Source of the DNA: Sedimentisphaerales bacterium
Lineage (GTDB): Bacteria > Planctomycetota > Phycisphaerae > Sedimentisphaerales > SM23-30
DNA: 64,000 nt
Strand: one strand, 5' to 3'
Assembly (NCBI GenBank): GCA_963666285.1
Contig: OY762711.1
Part shown: positions 1-9,326 of the stretch, piece by piece
Layout of the letters: the number at the start of each line of letters is the position of its first letter
Numbering within the stretch: position 1 is the first letter of the stretch
Notes under the pieces: model-generated
Told to the model about the DNA's origin: nothing
What the model saw: only the letters and a program-made list of their open reading frames with translations
The model's database searches: none
Position numbers and translations under genes: made by a program

Positions 1-573
1 TTTGAAGAGCGGGATACAATCAATCATTCGATTGTTGAAGCGGTTGACAAAGCATCTGATCCGTGGGGTGTCAAAGTCACCCGGTACGAAGTAAAAAATA
101 TCGTGCCGCCTGTCAGCATCAAAGATGCGATGGAAAAACAGATGAAGGCCGAACGCGAAAAACGTGCCGTTATCGCCGAATCTGAAGGTCAGAAACAGGC
201 CAAGATCAATCGTGCTGATGGTGACAAGGCCGAGGTTATTCGTCAGTCTGAAGCGGAAAAGCAGAAGCGTATAAATATTTCTGAAGGTCATAAAATCCAG
301 CAGGTTAATACTGCCGAAGGTGAAGCGGAAGCTATTCTAAGGGTTGCCCGTGCCAAGGCAGAAGGTATCCGGGAAATTGCAAAAGCTCTCGGCGAACAGG
401 GTGGTAACGAGGCTATGAATATGAGAATTGCTGAACGTTATATCGAAGAATTTGGTAAACTGGCTCAGACTAATAACAGCATGATTATCCCGACTGATAT
501 GGCTGACATTGCCGGAATTATCAAGGCAGCTACCAGTGTGGTGAAATCAGAAGCGACTTCAAAAAGTGAGTAA
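1..573 (+). CDS. SPFH/band-7 (stomatin/QmcA-like) protein, 5' truncated by window edge
   Basis: Frame is open from base 1 (FEERDTINHSIVEAVDKASDPWGVKVTRYEVKNIVPP), then AMEKQMKAEREKRA..AEGEAEAI coiled coil and the C-terminal IAERYIEEFGKLA motif typical of band-7 proteins. Confidence 0.9.
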   Translation, partial: FEERDTINHSIVEAVDKASDPWGVKVTRYEVKNIVPPVSIKDAMEKQMKAEREKRAVIAESEGQKQAKINRADGDKAEVIRQSEAEKQKRINISEGHKIQQVNTAEGEAEAILRVARAKAEGIREIAKALGEQGGNEAMNMRIAERYIEEFGKLAQTNNSMIIPTDMADIAGIIKAATSVVKSEATSKSE

Positions 574-581
574 TATAACCC

Positions 582-661
582 ATAACAGTTGAAAATGCTC
601 GTTTGAGCGTGGTATATCATTATTTACCTTCCGAGCAATCAGAAAAAATTATACACTATGT
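582..661. repeat. Dispersed ~80-bp structured repeat, copy 1
   Basis: ATAACAGTTGAAAATGCTCGTTTGAGCGTGG...CCTTCCGAGCAATC...TATACACTATGT aligns with 4221-4306. Confidence 0.8.
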
Positions 662-768
662 GTATCGTTTTTCTCAGTTAGTTTTGTATTTATACCGTAT
701 TTGTAAAATAGTATTATGAGCGGGCTCTTACAGGAGTTCCGCTCATTTGCATTTTGTAAGGAGTGTTT

Positions 769-1203
769 ATGTTTGTCATCAGGTCCTATCAGCCAGCTGA
801 TAAAGATGCCCTTATCCGGCTATGGAGCCGTTGCGGGCTGCTGCATTCGCTCAATAATCCCATTCAGGATATCGAACGCAAGCAAGGGTGTAATCCGGAA
901 TGGCTTTTAGTCGGCGTAATGGATGATATAATTGTTGCCTCTGTTATGGTTGGCTATGATGGTCATCGCGGGAATATAAATTACCTGGGTGTTGATCCCG
1001 ATTTTCAGCGACAGGGGCTGGGCAGAAAGATGATGGAAAACGCTGAGATTGTCTTAAAAGCGGCCGGCTGTCCCAAAGTAAATTTATGTGTCAGAAATAG
1101 CAACAGGCAGGTTTTGAAGTTTTATGAATCGATCGGCTATCTGGATAATGAGTGCATCAGCCTGGGCAAACGGTTGGAGAAAGATGAACCGTTTGAATTG
1201 TGA
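769..1203 (+). CDS. GNAT family acetyltransferase (YpeA-like)
   Basis: MVGYDGHRGNINYLGVDPDFQRQGLGR acetyl-CoA motif, GCPKVNL, FYESIGY; RBS AAGGAG before ATG 769. Confidence 0.88.
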   Translation: MFVIRSYQPADKDALIRLWSRCGLLHSLNNPIQDIERKQGCNPEWLLVGVMDDIIVASVMVGYDGHRGNINYLGVDPDFQRQGLGRKMMENAEIVLKAAGCPKVNLCVRNSNRQVLKFYESIGYLDNECISLGKRLEKDEPFEL

Positions 1204-1334
1204 CAACAGGATAGTCCTATAATCATCTGATTTGCTCGAAAATTGCATAATATCTGGGGGTATTTTCCTGTTAGGGAACGTTGGTTTGCTTTCTGGTCGA
1301 TATTATTCAGGAGATAATACGTACATTTTAAGCT

Positions 1335-2501
1335 ATGACCAAATGGGGAAGCGGAATGAAAATATTCGAGTTACCGGACTATTATAACGATGACAGTATG
1401 TACCTGGATGAAGATGCCAAGCTTTCCGGCTTCGGTGTCATCATTTTCAGTGTATTGATGCTGTTGTTGTTATTTGCGGATTATTTATCCAGCAATACAA
1501 TTAGAGAGTTTCTCAAGCTTGGTATTGTAAGAATTTTCATGGTGCTGGTTTCTATTCCTGCTTATTTATATCTTAGAAAATCAAAAGAAAATAAACTATA
1601 TACCGTAGTTGTCTTTGCTTGGTGGATGATCTATGTTACCTGTATGGCATATATCGAGTTTATGAGAAGCTTCAGCTATGCCGGTACGATTGGTTTGCAT
1701 GCGGTTGTTGTTATTACTATATATGTAATTTTTAATAACAGGTTTCGGCTCCAGGTTCTTCCGGCTCTTATTTTGAGTGTTGTTTCATTATTGCATTTCT
1801 TTACTCACCGCGGTGATCGGCCATGGTCAGAGTTTTATGTATTAGTTCTGTCATTTGCCGCTATAAATGTGATGGGTATCTTTACTTCTTTGATCTTGAA
1901 GAAATATCGTATCAAGGAAATTGAAATGCAGCGGCAGGAACATCGGCTGACCAAAACCCTGGAAAAGTTTGCTTTTGTCGATGATTTGACCGGCGTGTTT
2001 AATCGTCGCAAGATTATGGAAGTTTTTGATAGTGAATTTGGCAGAACCAACAGGTACGGCAGCAGTCTGGCTGTAATGATGCTCGATATTGACTATTTTA
2101 AGCATGTCAACGATAAATATGGTCATGAGGCCGGTGATTGTGTACTTGTTGAATTTGCCAGGCGGGTCAAAGATCAGATTCGTGAAACTGACTTCCTCGG
2201 ACGGTTTGGCGGCGAAGAATTCCTGGTTATTATGCCTGAAACCGGTTCGGTAGGAGCTATTGTTCTTGCAGAACGTATTAAAAAGGTACTGGACGAGGTA
2301 CCTGTAAATATTGGTACTTCAACTATCAAGGTTACTGCCAGTATGGGTATCAGCCAGGTGCGGCCGGACGATGAATCCAAAGAGGTTTCTCTGAAACGTG
2401 CTGATGAAAGTTTATATATGGCCAAAAAGGCCGGACGGGATGCTATCTGCTCTGATAAGGAAGTTCTGGTACAAAGGGCCAGTGACTATTATACCCCGTA
2501 G
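1335..2501 (+). CDS. Membrane-anchored diguanylate cyclase (GGDEF)
   Basis: About 6 hydrophobic segments, then DDLTGVFNRR, DIDYFKHVNDKYGH, RETD I-site and GRFGGEEF. Confidence 0.93.
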   Translation: MTKWGSGMKIFELPDYYNDDSMYLDEDAKLSGFGVIIFSVLMLLLLFADYLSSNTIREFLKLGIVRIFMVLVSIPAYLYLRKSKENKLYTVVVFAWWMIYVTCMAYIEFMRSFSYAGTIGLHAVVVITIYVIFNNRFRLQVLPALILSVVSLLHFFTHRGDRPWSEFYVLVLSFAAINVMGIFTSLILKKYRIKEIEMQRQEHRLTKTLEKFAFVDDLTGVFNRRKIMEVFDSEFGRTNRYGSSLAVMMLDIDYFKHVNDKYGHEAGDCVLVEFARRVKDQIRETDFLGRFGGEEFLVIMPETGSVGAIVLAERIKKVLDEVPVNIGTSTIKVTASMGISQVRPDDESKEVSLKRADESLYMAKKAGRDAICSDKEVLVQRASDYYTP

Positions 2502-2685
2502 TATTACACAAGTCCAAGTTGTGATCGATTGCTGTTTATTAAGCTGGTTATATACCGGCTCTATTTTTTCCTTTAATTTGACCGTTTTTCCATTTACAAT
2601 TGCCGGAACAGGATAATTGCGCTCTGGCATATATGCCGGGCGTTTTCTTATCCAATCGCTTGATAATAAAAGGCTTAGGTATTGT

Positions 2686-2702
2686 TTGGCCCGGCATTTG
2701 TA
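2686..2702 (+). promoter_or_regulatory. Putative sigma54 (-24/-12) promoter
   Basis: TTGGCCCGGCATTTGTA: TGGC-N7-TTGT with canonical spacing; same -12 variant as 13750-13766. Confidence 0.45.
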
Positions 2703-2731
2703 TCCGGGCTCGATTTTGGAGATATTATTTT

Positions 2732-2824
2732 ATGCTGGCAGTATTGGTTAGCTCTCAGGAAATGATGGTAATTCTGGTTATTACCGCTATAGTTGTTTTT
2801 ATTGCGGCCAGGAAAAGTCGCTAG
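2732..2824 (+). CDS. 30-aa single-TM small protein (TatA-N-terminus-like)
   Basis: RBS GGAGA at 2718; MLAVLVSSQEMMVILVITAIVVFIAARKSR. Confidence 0.5.
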   Translation: MLAVLVSSQEMMVILVITAIVVFIAARKSR

Positions 2825-2846
2825 CCAGGACAACAAAAGGAATAAT

Positions 2847-3491
2847 ATGGAAGTATATATAAACAGTGAACCGATAGAAGTCGGGATTGACCCCGAAGAT
2901 ACCCTTGCAGAAGTTCTTGGAATGATTCAGTCGAACTTTATCGAGCAGGGTGATATTGTAACCGGTATTTTAATTGACGGCCGGGTTGTTGACCCCGATA
3001 TCCTTGCCGAGATCAAGGTTAAACCTTCAAATGAATTTGAAGAGGTCAATTTATCTGTTCGCCCTGCCAATAAATTCGCTGCCGAAGGACTCATGACTAT
3101 CAGCGTTCATCTTGATAACAGTATTGGTTTGCGAAAAGAAGTTGTCGATCTCTTGCAGCAGGGTTCTTCCCAGGAGGCAATGGTTAAGCTCAATGAATAT
3201 GTTACCTTTTGGGCCGGATTGCAAAGCACCTTAGGCAGCGCATGTCGGCTGGTTGGCGTCGATATTAGTGCTATGGAAGTTTATGATGCCGATGGTAATG
3301 ACGGACAAATGGTAATGGATTTTGTTAATTCTCTGTCTGAGCAGCTGGTTGAACTCAAATCTGCACTGGAGGCAGGCGACCTGGTTCTTCTCGGTGATAT
3401 CCTCGAATATGAATTCGGTGATCTTACAGATAGCTGGCGTGACATTCTGCAAAAACTTGCATTACAGTTTGACCCGGAAATTGAAGCATAA
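2847..3491 (+). CDS. Hypothetical acidic helical protein
   Basis: RBS AAAGGAA before ATG 2847; 214-aa ORF with C-terminal DLVLLGDILEYE motif. Confidence 0.75.
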   Translation: MEVYINSEPIEVGIDPEDTLAEVLGMIQSNFIEQGDIVTGILIDGRVVDPDILAEIKVKPSNEFEEVNLSVRPANKFAAEGLMTISVHLDNSIGLRKEVVDLLQQGSSQEAMVKLNEYVTFWAGLQSTLGSACRLVGVDISAMEVYDADGNDGQMVMDFVNSLSEQLVELKSALEAGDLVLLGDILEYEFGDLTDSWRDILQKLALQFDPEIEA

Positions 3492-3586
3492 CCATAATTC
3501 AAAATATGGTTTTATCTTACCGAGGCTATTAATTAGTCGGTATTTCAATTTTATTTTGTATTCAGGAAGTTGAAAGTTATTTATAA

Positions 3587-4210
3587 ATGTCGTTAGAAAA
3601 ATTAGCGGGAAAATTTATTGTTATTGATGGGCCTGACGGGGCCGGTAAAAGTACACAGTCGCTGATGCTCAGGGATTATCTTTGCGAACATGGCATCGAT
3701 ACTGAGTTGGTGCGAGATCCCGGCGGCACCTCAATTGGCGAACAGATTCGGGCTATCCTTCTGGATAATGCAAATGCCGCGATGAGTGTTCGAACTGAAA
3801 CTTTATTATATATGGCCAGCCGGGCACAGTTATATCACGAAAAGATCGGACCGGCTCTGGCTGCGGGTAAGTGTGTTCTCTCTGACAGATGGGTTTCCAG
3901 TACCTATGCCTACCAGGCGATTGCCGGATGCGATGGCGCTGAACTTGTTCTAGACCTGGCCGACGCTTCGCTTGAGAGGGCATGGCCGGACCACACGATT
4001 GTCTTGGATCTTCCTTCTGAAGTTGGGCTCGAAAGAGTTGTTGGCGAATTTGACCGGATGGAAAGCAAATCACTGGAATTTCATCGTAAGGTTCGGCAGG
4101 CATATCTGAATCTTGCCGGTATGAGAAATGATTTTAGTGTGATTGATGCTGTTGGCTCGCTTGAAGAAATTCACGAGGCGGTCAAAATAAAACTTGCTGA
4201 ATCTTTATAA
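3587..4210 (+). CDS. tmk: Thymidylate kinase
   Basis: FIVIDGPDGAGKSTQ P-loop, RDPGGT, LLYMASRAQ, DRWVSSTYAYQ. Confidence 0.96.
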   Translation: MSLEKLAGKFIVIDGPDGAGKSTQSLMLRDYLCEHGIDTELVRDPGGTSIGEQIRAILLDNANAAMSVRTETLLYMASRAQLYHEKIGPALAAGKCVLSDRWVSSTYAYQAIAGCDGAELVLDLADASLERAWPDHTIVLDLPSEVGLERVVGEFDRMESKSLEFHRKVRQAYLNLAGMRNDFSVIDAVGSLEEIHEAVKIKLAESL

Positions 4211-4220
4211 ATACATACCA

Positions 4221-4306
4221 ATAACAGTTGAAATGCTGGTTTGAGCTTGGCATAAATAATTACATAACTCGCCTTCCGAACGATCTGATTAAAATATACA
4301 CTGTGT
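4221..4306. repeat. Dispersed ~85-bp structured repeat, copy 2
   Basis: ATAACAGTTGAAATGCTGGTTTGAGCTTGG...CCTTCCGAACGATC...TATACACTGTGT, fills the tmk/alkD gap. Confidence 0.8.
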
Positions 4307-5008
4307 TTATATTTTGCCTTTTAGGTATTTCTGCCGCTTTGTTTCCTCAAATTTTTCGATTGCATAACGTAGCATTGTCCGCGGCATATTGTTGTATCGC
4401 GGCTTCAAAAATTCTTCCTCAACCGCCATGTCTTGTTTTCCTATCTCGCGTAGCATCCAACCGACAGCTTTGTGGATCAGGTCATGCTCGTGGTTCAGCA
4501 GGATGTCGGCAATTGCCAGGTTGTCTGTATAGTCGCCTTGCCTGATAAATGTAAAAGTTGCCAATACCGCCATGCGGTTCTCCCACAGATTTTTCGATCG
4601 GGCGAGCTTATACAGAGGCTTGCGATCTTTATCGAGCAGGTAAGCCCCCACAATATTAGGACACGCCAAATCCACCAGGTCCCAGTTGTTTACATAGTCA
4701 CTGGAAGATATGTATAGCTTAAATAGCTTTTTCTGGTCGGCAGCACTGCACTTTGGAAATTTTATTACCCATATCATAAGTGCCAGCAGCCGATCCTCAT
4801 GATATTTAGAATGAAGCAGTTCAAGGGTTTGATCGATTTCCATATCCTTGTACTGTTTGGCAACCTTGCGAAGTTGCGGCACTGTAATGCCGCGGAATAC
4901 ATCACCCTCACCGTATTCGCCCGGACCGGTTTTAAAAAACCTCTTTAGTTCTCCGGCTTTCTGCGGATTATCAAGCGTCTTCAGTTGCTTTCTGATATCT
5001 TTTATCAT
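4307..5008 (-). CDS. DNA alkylation repair protein (AlkD-like HEAT-repeat glycosylase)
   Basis: FFKTGPGEYGEGDVF.GI.VP..R, NNWDLVD, HDLIHKAVGWMLRE, MPRTMLRYAIE. Confidence 0.9.
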   Translation of the reverse strand: MIKDIRKQLKTLDNPQKAGELKRFFKTGPGEYGEGDVFRGITVPQLRKVAKQYKDMEIDQTLELLHSKYHEDRLLALMIWVIKFPKCSAADQKKLFKLYISSSDYVNNWDLVDLACPNIVGAYLLDKDRKPLYKLARSKNLWENRMAVLATFTFIRQGDYTDNLAIADILLNHEHDLIHKAVGWMLREIGKQDMAVEEEFLKPRYNNMPRTMLRYAIEKFEETKRQKYLKGKI

Positions 5009-5049
5009 ACAGTATGCTATCAATTTACTGTGTTGCTGTCTGCTGAATC

Positions 5050-6906
5050 TTATTCGTCATCATCGGATTTCTTACCGCCCTTTGTTCTTGAATCTTCAAG
5101 TACAACTTTCATATTCTCCAGCATTTTTTCTACCTTTTCATCTGGCAGGGCAAGAATATCTCTCACTGCTTCTCCGATAGCCGGCAGGTATTTCTTGATA
5201 TAGTCACGTTTCTTTGCTTCTTCTTTTGCCTTTTTCTGGCCTCGAACATATGAGCCCAGCCTGCGGCCGCATTCAGATATAGCCAGCTTAATCTCTTTGA
5301 TAATCTCCGGATAGTGTGCTACCGCTTCTTTACTTTCAGAGGTGAACGGTACCCATACAGAGGCGATATGTACGATCAGTGTAACCGAACCTGCCGGTAG
5401 GGCTCCTCGGCTCTGGCTAAGGCCGTATAGCCGCCAGTTTGTCTGGATGATACTCTTGGTTACCGCACATGCCGACTGCTGGTATAGCAATGGTACGCGA
5501 TTGGCAAATCTCAATACCCTCATTAGTTCCTGGGTTTCATCTTCGCCTTTTTTCTGGGCTACTCCTGCGGTAACATATCCTTTTCCTCCAAATGCCAGGG
5601 CGGCTTCGATCTGGAATGGATTGCCGCGGTACACTGCCGCTGGTCGTGTACAAACGGTATAAAACTCGGCATCTACTACTTCCTGCAATCCTTTCAGCAA
5701 TTCATCTTCACCAATCGGAACAACACAACTGGTGCTTGGCGCCATTATCTTGGTGTCATTGATTGCCTTGTATAATGCATCTGCTTCCTCGTGGCCTATT
5801 TGTTTGGGTTTGAACCGGGCTGATATCTTGGCCTTCTTTAAAATCTGGGCGCATACCGTAGGGCTCACCCTGGAGAATTCCTTGGTCAGGAAACCTGTAA
5901 TGGTTTTTTCTTCGGTGGTCTGTGCCATCTTCATTAGCACGCCAAGTTCAACTCCGTATGGATGGGGCCTGACTGCTTCCGGCACATGCACTACCTGTTC
6001 CACGGCACGGTTATATATATGCTCGATACCGTCAGGCATCCTGTATGTTATCCGAACGTGCGGGTTGGCGATTGCTGTCTGTGCCAGGTATTCGTCCACG
6101 CTCTGACGACCTCGCTGATAGCGGGCTTCCATCTCAATTTCGACTTTTGTCCCGCTTTTTACATCCCATTCAACAACTTCATCTTTGAAAATATCAGGCC
6201 TGTTCTTACCGGTGTCAATTCGTAGCTCATAGTAATGTGCATTTGCTTTCGGTCCGGTCTTACTGGTAATACAAACATTCTTTCCGGTTGTCAGCATACC
6301 ATACATGCCGGCTGCCGAGATACCAATTCCCTGCTGACCGCGCGACATACGCAGCGAATGAAACTTACTTCCGTATAATAGTCTGCCGAAAATATTTGGG
6401 ATCTGGCTTTTGACAATACCCGGTCCGTTATCCTGAACAGTTATCCTGAAGCGATTATCTGAACGCTGCTGAATTCCGACAAAAATGTCTGGCAGAATAT
6501 TGGCCTCTTCGCAGGCATCCATAGAGTTGTCAACCGCTTCTTTTATCGTGGTTAACAGTGCTTTGCTTGGATTATCGAAGCCGAGAAGATGTCTGTTCTT
6601 TGCAAAAAACTCACTTACTGCGATATCCTTCTGCTTATCGCTCATCGCCTGGGCGCGTTTTTCGATCTGATCATCTGAAATATGCTCTACCGTTTTACCT
6701 TTTCTTTTAGTGCTTTTACGCCTTACGGTTACAGCTTCTTTTTTCTTTTTCTCTGTTTTATCTTCTTTAAGGGTCAGTTTTTGGGAAACTCCCTTTTCCT
6801 TTACCTCTACATTTTTCTTGGCACTCTTCTTTACTTTTTTTGCCGGGGCTTCTTCCGATTCGTCAAAAAGAGTCATTTGATCGCTTGTGTTTTTCTTTCG
6901 GGCCAT
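5050..6906 (-). CDS. top6B: DNA topoisomerase VI subunit B
   Basis: SEFFAKN..LGF, KEAVDNSMDA, DNGPGI, LYGSKF, RGQQGIGIS (GHKL), PHPYGV, RFANRVPLLY, VPFTSESKE. Confidence 0.95.
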   Translation of the reverse strand: MARKKNTSDQMTLFDESEEAPAKKVKKSAKKNVEVKEKGVSQKLTLKEDKTEKKKKEAVTVRRKSTKRKGKTVEHISDDQIEKRAQAMSDKQKDIAVSEFFAKNRHLLGFDNPSKALLTTIKEAVDNSMDACEEANILPDIFVGIQQRSDNRFRITVQDNGPGIVKSQIPNIFGRLLYGSKFHSLRMSRGQQGIGISAAGMYGMLTTGKNVCITSKTGPKANAHYYELRIDTGKNRPDIFKDEVVEWDVKSGTKVEIEMEARYQRGRQSVDEYLAQTAIANPHVRITYRMPDGIEHIYNRAVEQVVHVPEAVRPHPYGVELGVLMKMAQTTEEKTITGFLTKEFSRVSPTVCAQILKKAKISARFKPKQIGHEEADALYKAINDTKIMAPSTSCVVPIGEDELLKGLQEVVDAEFYTVCTRPAAVYRGNPFQIEAALAFGGKGYVTAGVAQKKGEDETQELMRVLRFANRVPLLYQQSACAVTKSIIQTNWRLYGLSQSRGALPAGSVTLIVHIASVWVPFTSESKEAVAHYPEIIKEIKLAISECGRRLGSYVRGQKKAKEEAKKRDYIKKYLPAIGEAVRDILALPDEKVEKMLENMKVVLEDSRTKGGKKSDDDE

Positions 6907-7123
6907 TCGTTATTCCTGGTTAACTTTTACGCTTTATAGTATGCCGGACAGTCAAAAGTACGGGTCGTACTCCTGTAAAGCCTTTAGTCACAAATCGTTA
7001 TAATATAAACAAACTAATAATATACATATAATAACTGGTTATGGCAATAAAAAATTATTAGCTAATTCCTTATATAATGGTCTTTTGATTGCAGGAAACC
7101 GTTTTTTTGCTAGAATGACTGGG

Positions 7124-8266
7124 ATGACATCAGAAGTAATACAATTATGTTGTGATTTGATTTCGATACCGAGCATTAACCCTCAAAGTACCAGGGATTT
7201 TGCACCTGACATCTATGGTGAGCAGCGAGCTGCCGGTTTTCTGGCTGGCTGGTTTATTGACCGCTCAATTCATGCCGAGGTCAAGGTACTTTCATCTGGT
7301 AGGGCCAATACGGTTGTCCATCTTAATGGTGCCGATAGCTCCAGGTGCTATTTGCTCTGTGGACACCTTGATACGGTAGGTGTTGAAGGTATGACCGCCC
7401 CTTTCAACCCTGAAATCAAAGATGGTAAAATATTCGGTCGTGGTGCCTGCGATGACAAAGGGCCGCTGGCTGCTATGTGTGTAGCTGCCGCCCAGCTCTA
7501 TAATGAGGGCAAATTGCCTTGCGATATTGTCGTTCTTGGCTCTTGTGGTGAGGAATTCGATATGCGCGGTGCCGCTGATTATGCCGCCGAACATGGCGAT
7601 AAGCTCACCGGTGCTGTTTTTGCCGAACCGACCGGGTTCGATATTATTTATGCCCATAAAGGTGTGGTTCGGCTGCGGGTCGTTGTTCCGGGTGTAAGTG
7701 CCCATAGCTCAATGCCCGAACTGGCTGATAATGCTATCTATTCTGCCGCTAAAGCTATTGCAGAAATAGAAAAATTTGCCGAGCTGAAGCGTAACCAGCG
7801 GTCTCATCCATTACTTGGTTCAGAGACCGTAGTGCCAACTATTATTAATGGCGGCAGTCAGATCAATGTTATCCCCGACAGTTGCGAGATTAAGATCGAT
7901 TGGCGAACTTTGCCCGGCCGGACAGTTCAAGATTGTGTCGCCGAGCTTGATATTTTCCTGAAAAATGATGTCAGAGACGATATCGAGGTTTTCCCTATGG
8001 AATCCGGTGCTGTTGCTATCGAAAGTGACAAGGATTCTGATATGATTGAAATCCTTAGCGAAACTTCTAAAGCGATGACTGGTAAAGGTGACAGGATCGT
8101 CGCCGGGTATGCTACCGACGGCAGTGCTTTGGCTAATCTCGGCATCCCGCTCGCCGTTTTTGGACCCGGTTCTGTTGCCCAGGCCCATAAAGCTGATGAG
8201 TATATTGAAATTGATCAGCTGGAAAAAGCTGTTGACGTCTTCAAGGAGTTTATCCTGAAACTATAA
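7124..8266 (+). CDS. M20 family metallo-deacylase (ArgE/DapE-like)
   Basis: GHLDTV, GRGACDDKG, EE, AEPT, AHKG, AHSS.P, AHKADEY; start uncertain (7085/7115/7124). Confidence 0.9.
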   Translation: MTSEVIQLCCDLISIPSINPQSTRDFAPDIYGEQRAAGFLAGWFIDRSIHAEVKVLSSGRANTVVHLNGADSSRCYLLCGHLDTVGVEGMTAPFNPEIKDGKIFGRGACDDKGPLAAMCVAAAQLYNEGKLPCDIVVLGSCGEEFDMRGAADYAAEHGDKLTGAVFAEPTGFDIIYAHKGVVRLRVVVPGVSAHSSMPELADNAIYSAAKAIAEIEKFAELKRNQRSHPLLGSETVVPTIINGGSQINVIPDSCEIKIDWRTLPGRTVQDCVAELDIFLKNDVRDDIEVFPMESGAVAIESDKDSDMIEILSETSKAMTGKGDRIVAGYATDGSALANLGIPLAVFGPGSVAQAHKADEYIEIDQLEKAVDVFKEFILKL

Positions 8267-8391
8267 ATTGGGAAGATAATTTTATAGCTGGATAATGATT
8301 AGGATATTACTTTAGCTTTTAAAATATTTTACTCCTTAGACGAAAACTTTTTTTTTACACTTTTTATTTTAAAATTTACACTTGGATTTTC

Positions 8392-8622
8392 ATGGAAACT
8401 CCCGAACCGCATAATTTTGGCAAAATAATAATGGCACTGGGGCTTATGATAACCCTGGTTGGTGCGATCATTTTTGCTCTTGGCAAGCTTGGTATCAGCA
8501 AAATGCCCGGTGATATGAAGTTCGGCGATGAAAATTTCAAAGTATATTTTCCGCTTGGCACATGTATTTTAATCTCTGTTATTTTAACTCTGATTATGTG
8601 GCTGATAAAAATGTTTAAATAA
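8392..8622 (+). CDS. Small two-TM protein (DUF2905-like)
   Basis: KMPGDM...NFKVYFPLGTCILISVIL motif. Confidence 0.8.
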   Translation: METPEPHNFGKIIMALGLMITLVGAIIFALGKLGISKMPGDMKFGDENFKVYFPLGTCILISVILTLIMWLIKMFK

Positions 8623-8683
8623 TAGTACGGCAAAGCCGTCACCTAAACTTGTTACTTGTTTCTTATTACTTGTTACTATCTTT

Positions 8684-9304
8684 ATGATCGGATATTCGAC
8701 AAAAAGTATCCTGCTTTACGGCGGCAGCTTTGACCCGATTCACAACGGGCATATTCATATTGCGCGTGAGGTTTACGATCAGCTGGATGTTGATAAGGTA
8801 ATATTTCTGCCCGCCGGTCTACCGCCGCACAAAGTGGATAGGAATATGACCCCGCCAATGCAGCGATACGAGATGGTCAAACTGGCTTTGGAATTTGAAC
8901 CTGCTTTTTCTGTCTCTGATTATGAGGTTACTATGGACGGGCCTAGTTTTACCGCCCATACTCTCCGATATTTTCGCAGTCAGTTTACCGGCTGTCGAAT
9001 CTTCTGGCTAATCGGTGGTGACAGCTTCAGTCAGCTTGCCAAATGGTACAAACCAGACCAGATTGTCGATATTTGTACTGTGGTAACTGTAAAACGTCCC
9101 GGGTTCGAACTCGATATCGAACCGCTCAAGGCAAAACTAACCGTCGAACAGATCGATAAACTGCTCGCCCACGTTATCGATATTCCGCTTACCGATGAAT
9201 CTTCTACCGAGGTTCGCAGGCGAGTCGCCGCAGGCGAACCTATCGATGATATGGTGCCAAAGAGCGTAGCGGAATATATCGAGAGGAATTATCTGTATCA
9301 ATAA
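8684..9304 (+). CDS. nadD: Nicotinate-nucleotide adenylyltransferase
   Basis: YGGSFDPIHNGH, PPHK, LIGGDS...W, SSTEVR. Confidence 0.95.
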   Translation: MIGYSTKSILLYGGSFDPIHNGHIHIAREVYDQLDVDKVIFLPAGLPPHKVDRNMTPPMQRYEMVKLALEFEPAFSVSDYEVTMDGPSFTAHTLRYFRSQFTGCRIFWLIGGDSFSQLAKWYKPDQIVDICTVVTVKRPGFELDIEPLKAKLTVEQIDKLLAHVIDIPLTDESSTEVRRRVAAGEPIDDMVPKSVAEYIERNYLYQ

Positions 9305-9326
9305 GGTTAGGTTATGGAGATTTACT

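Noticed and set aside
8320..8346. TAAA-N15-GACGAAAA sigma28-like box before the DUF2905-like gene
   Set aside because: Partial match in very AT-rich DNA, likely chance
9306..9312. GTTAGGT integron core site before the ACP-like gene
   Set aside because: No matching attC downstream and no integrase in the window
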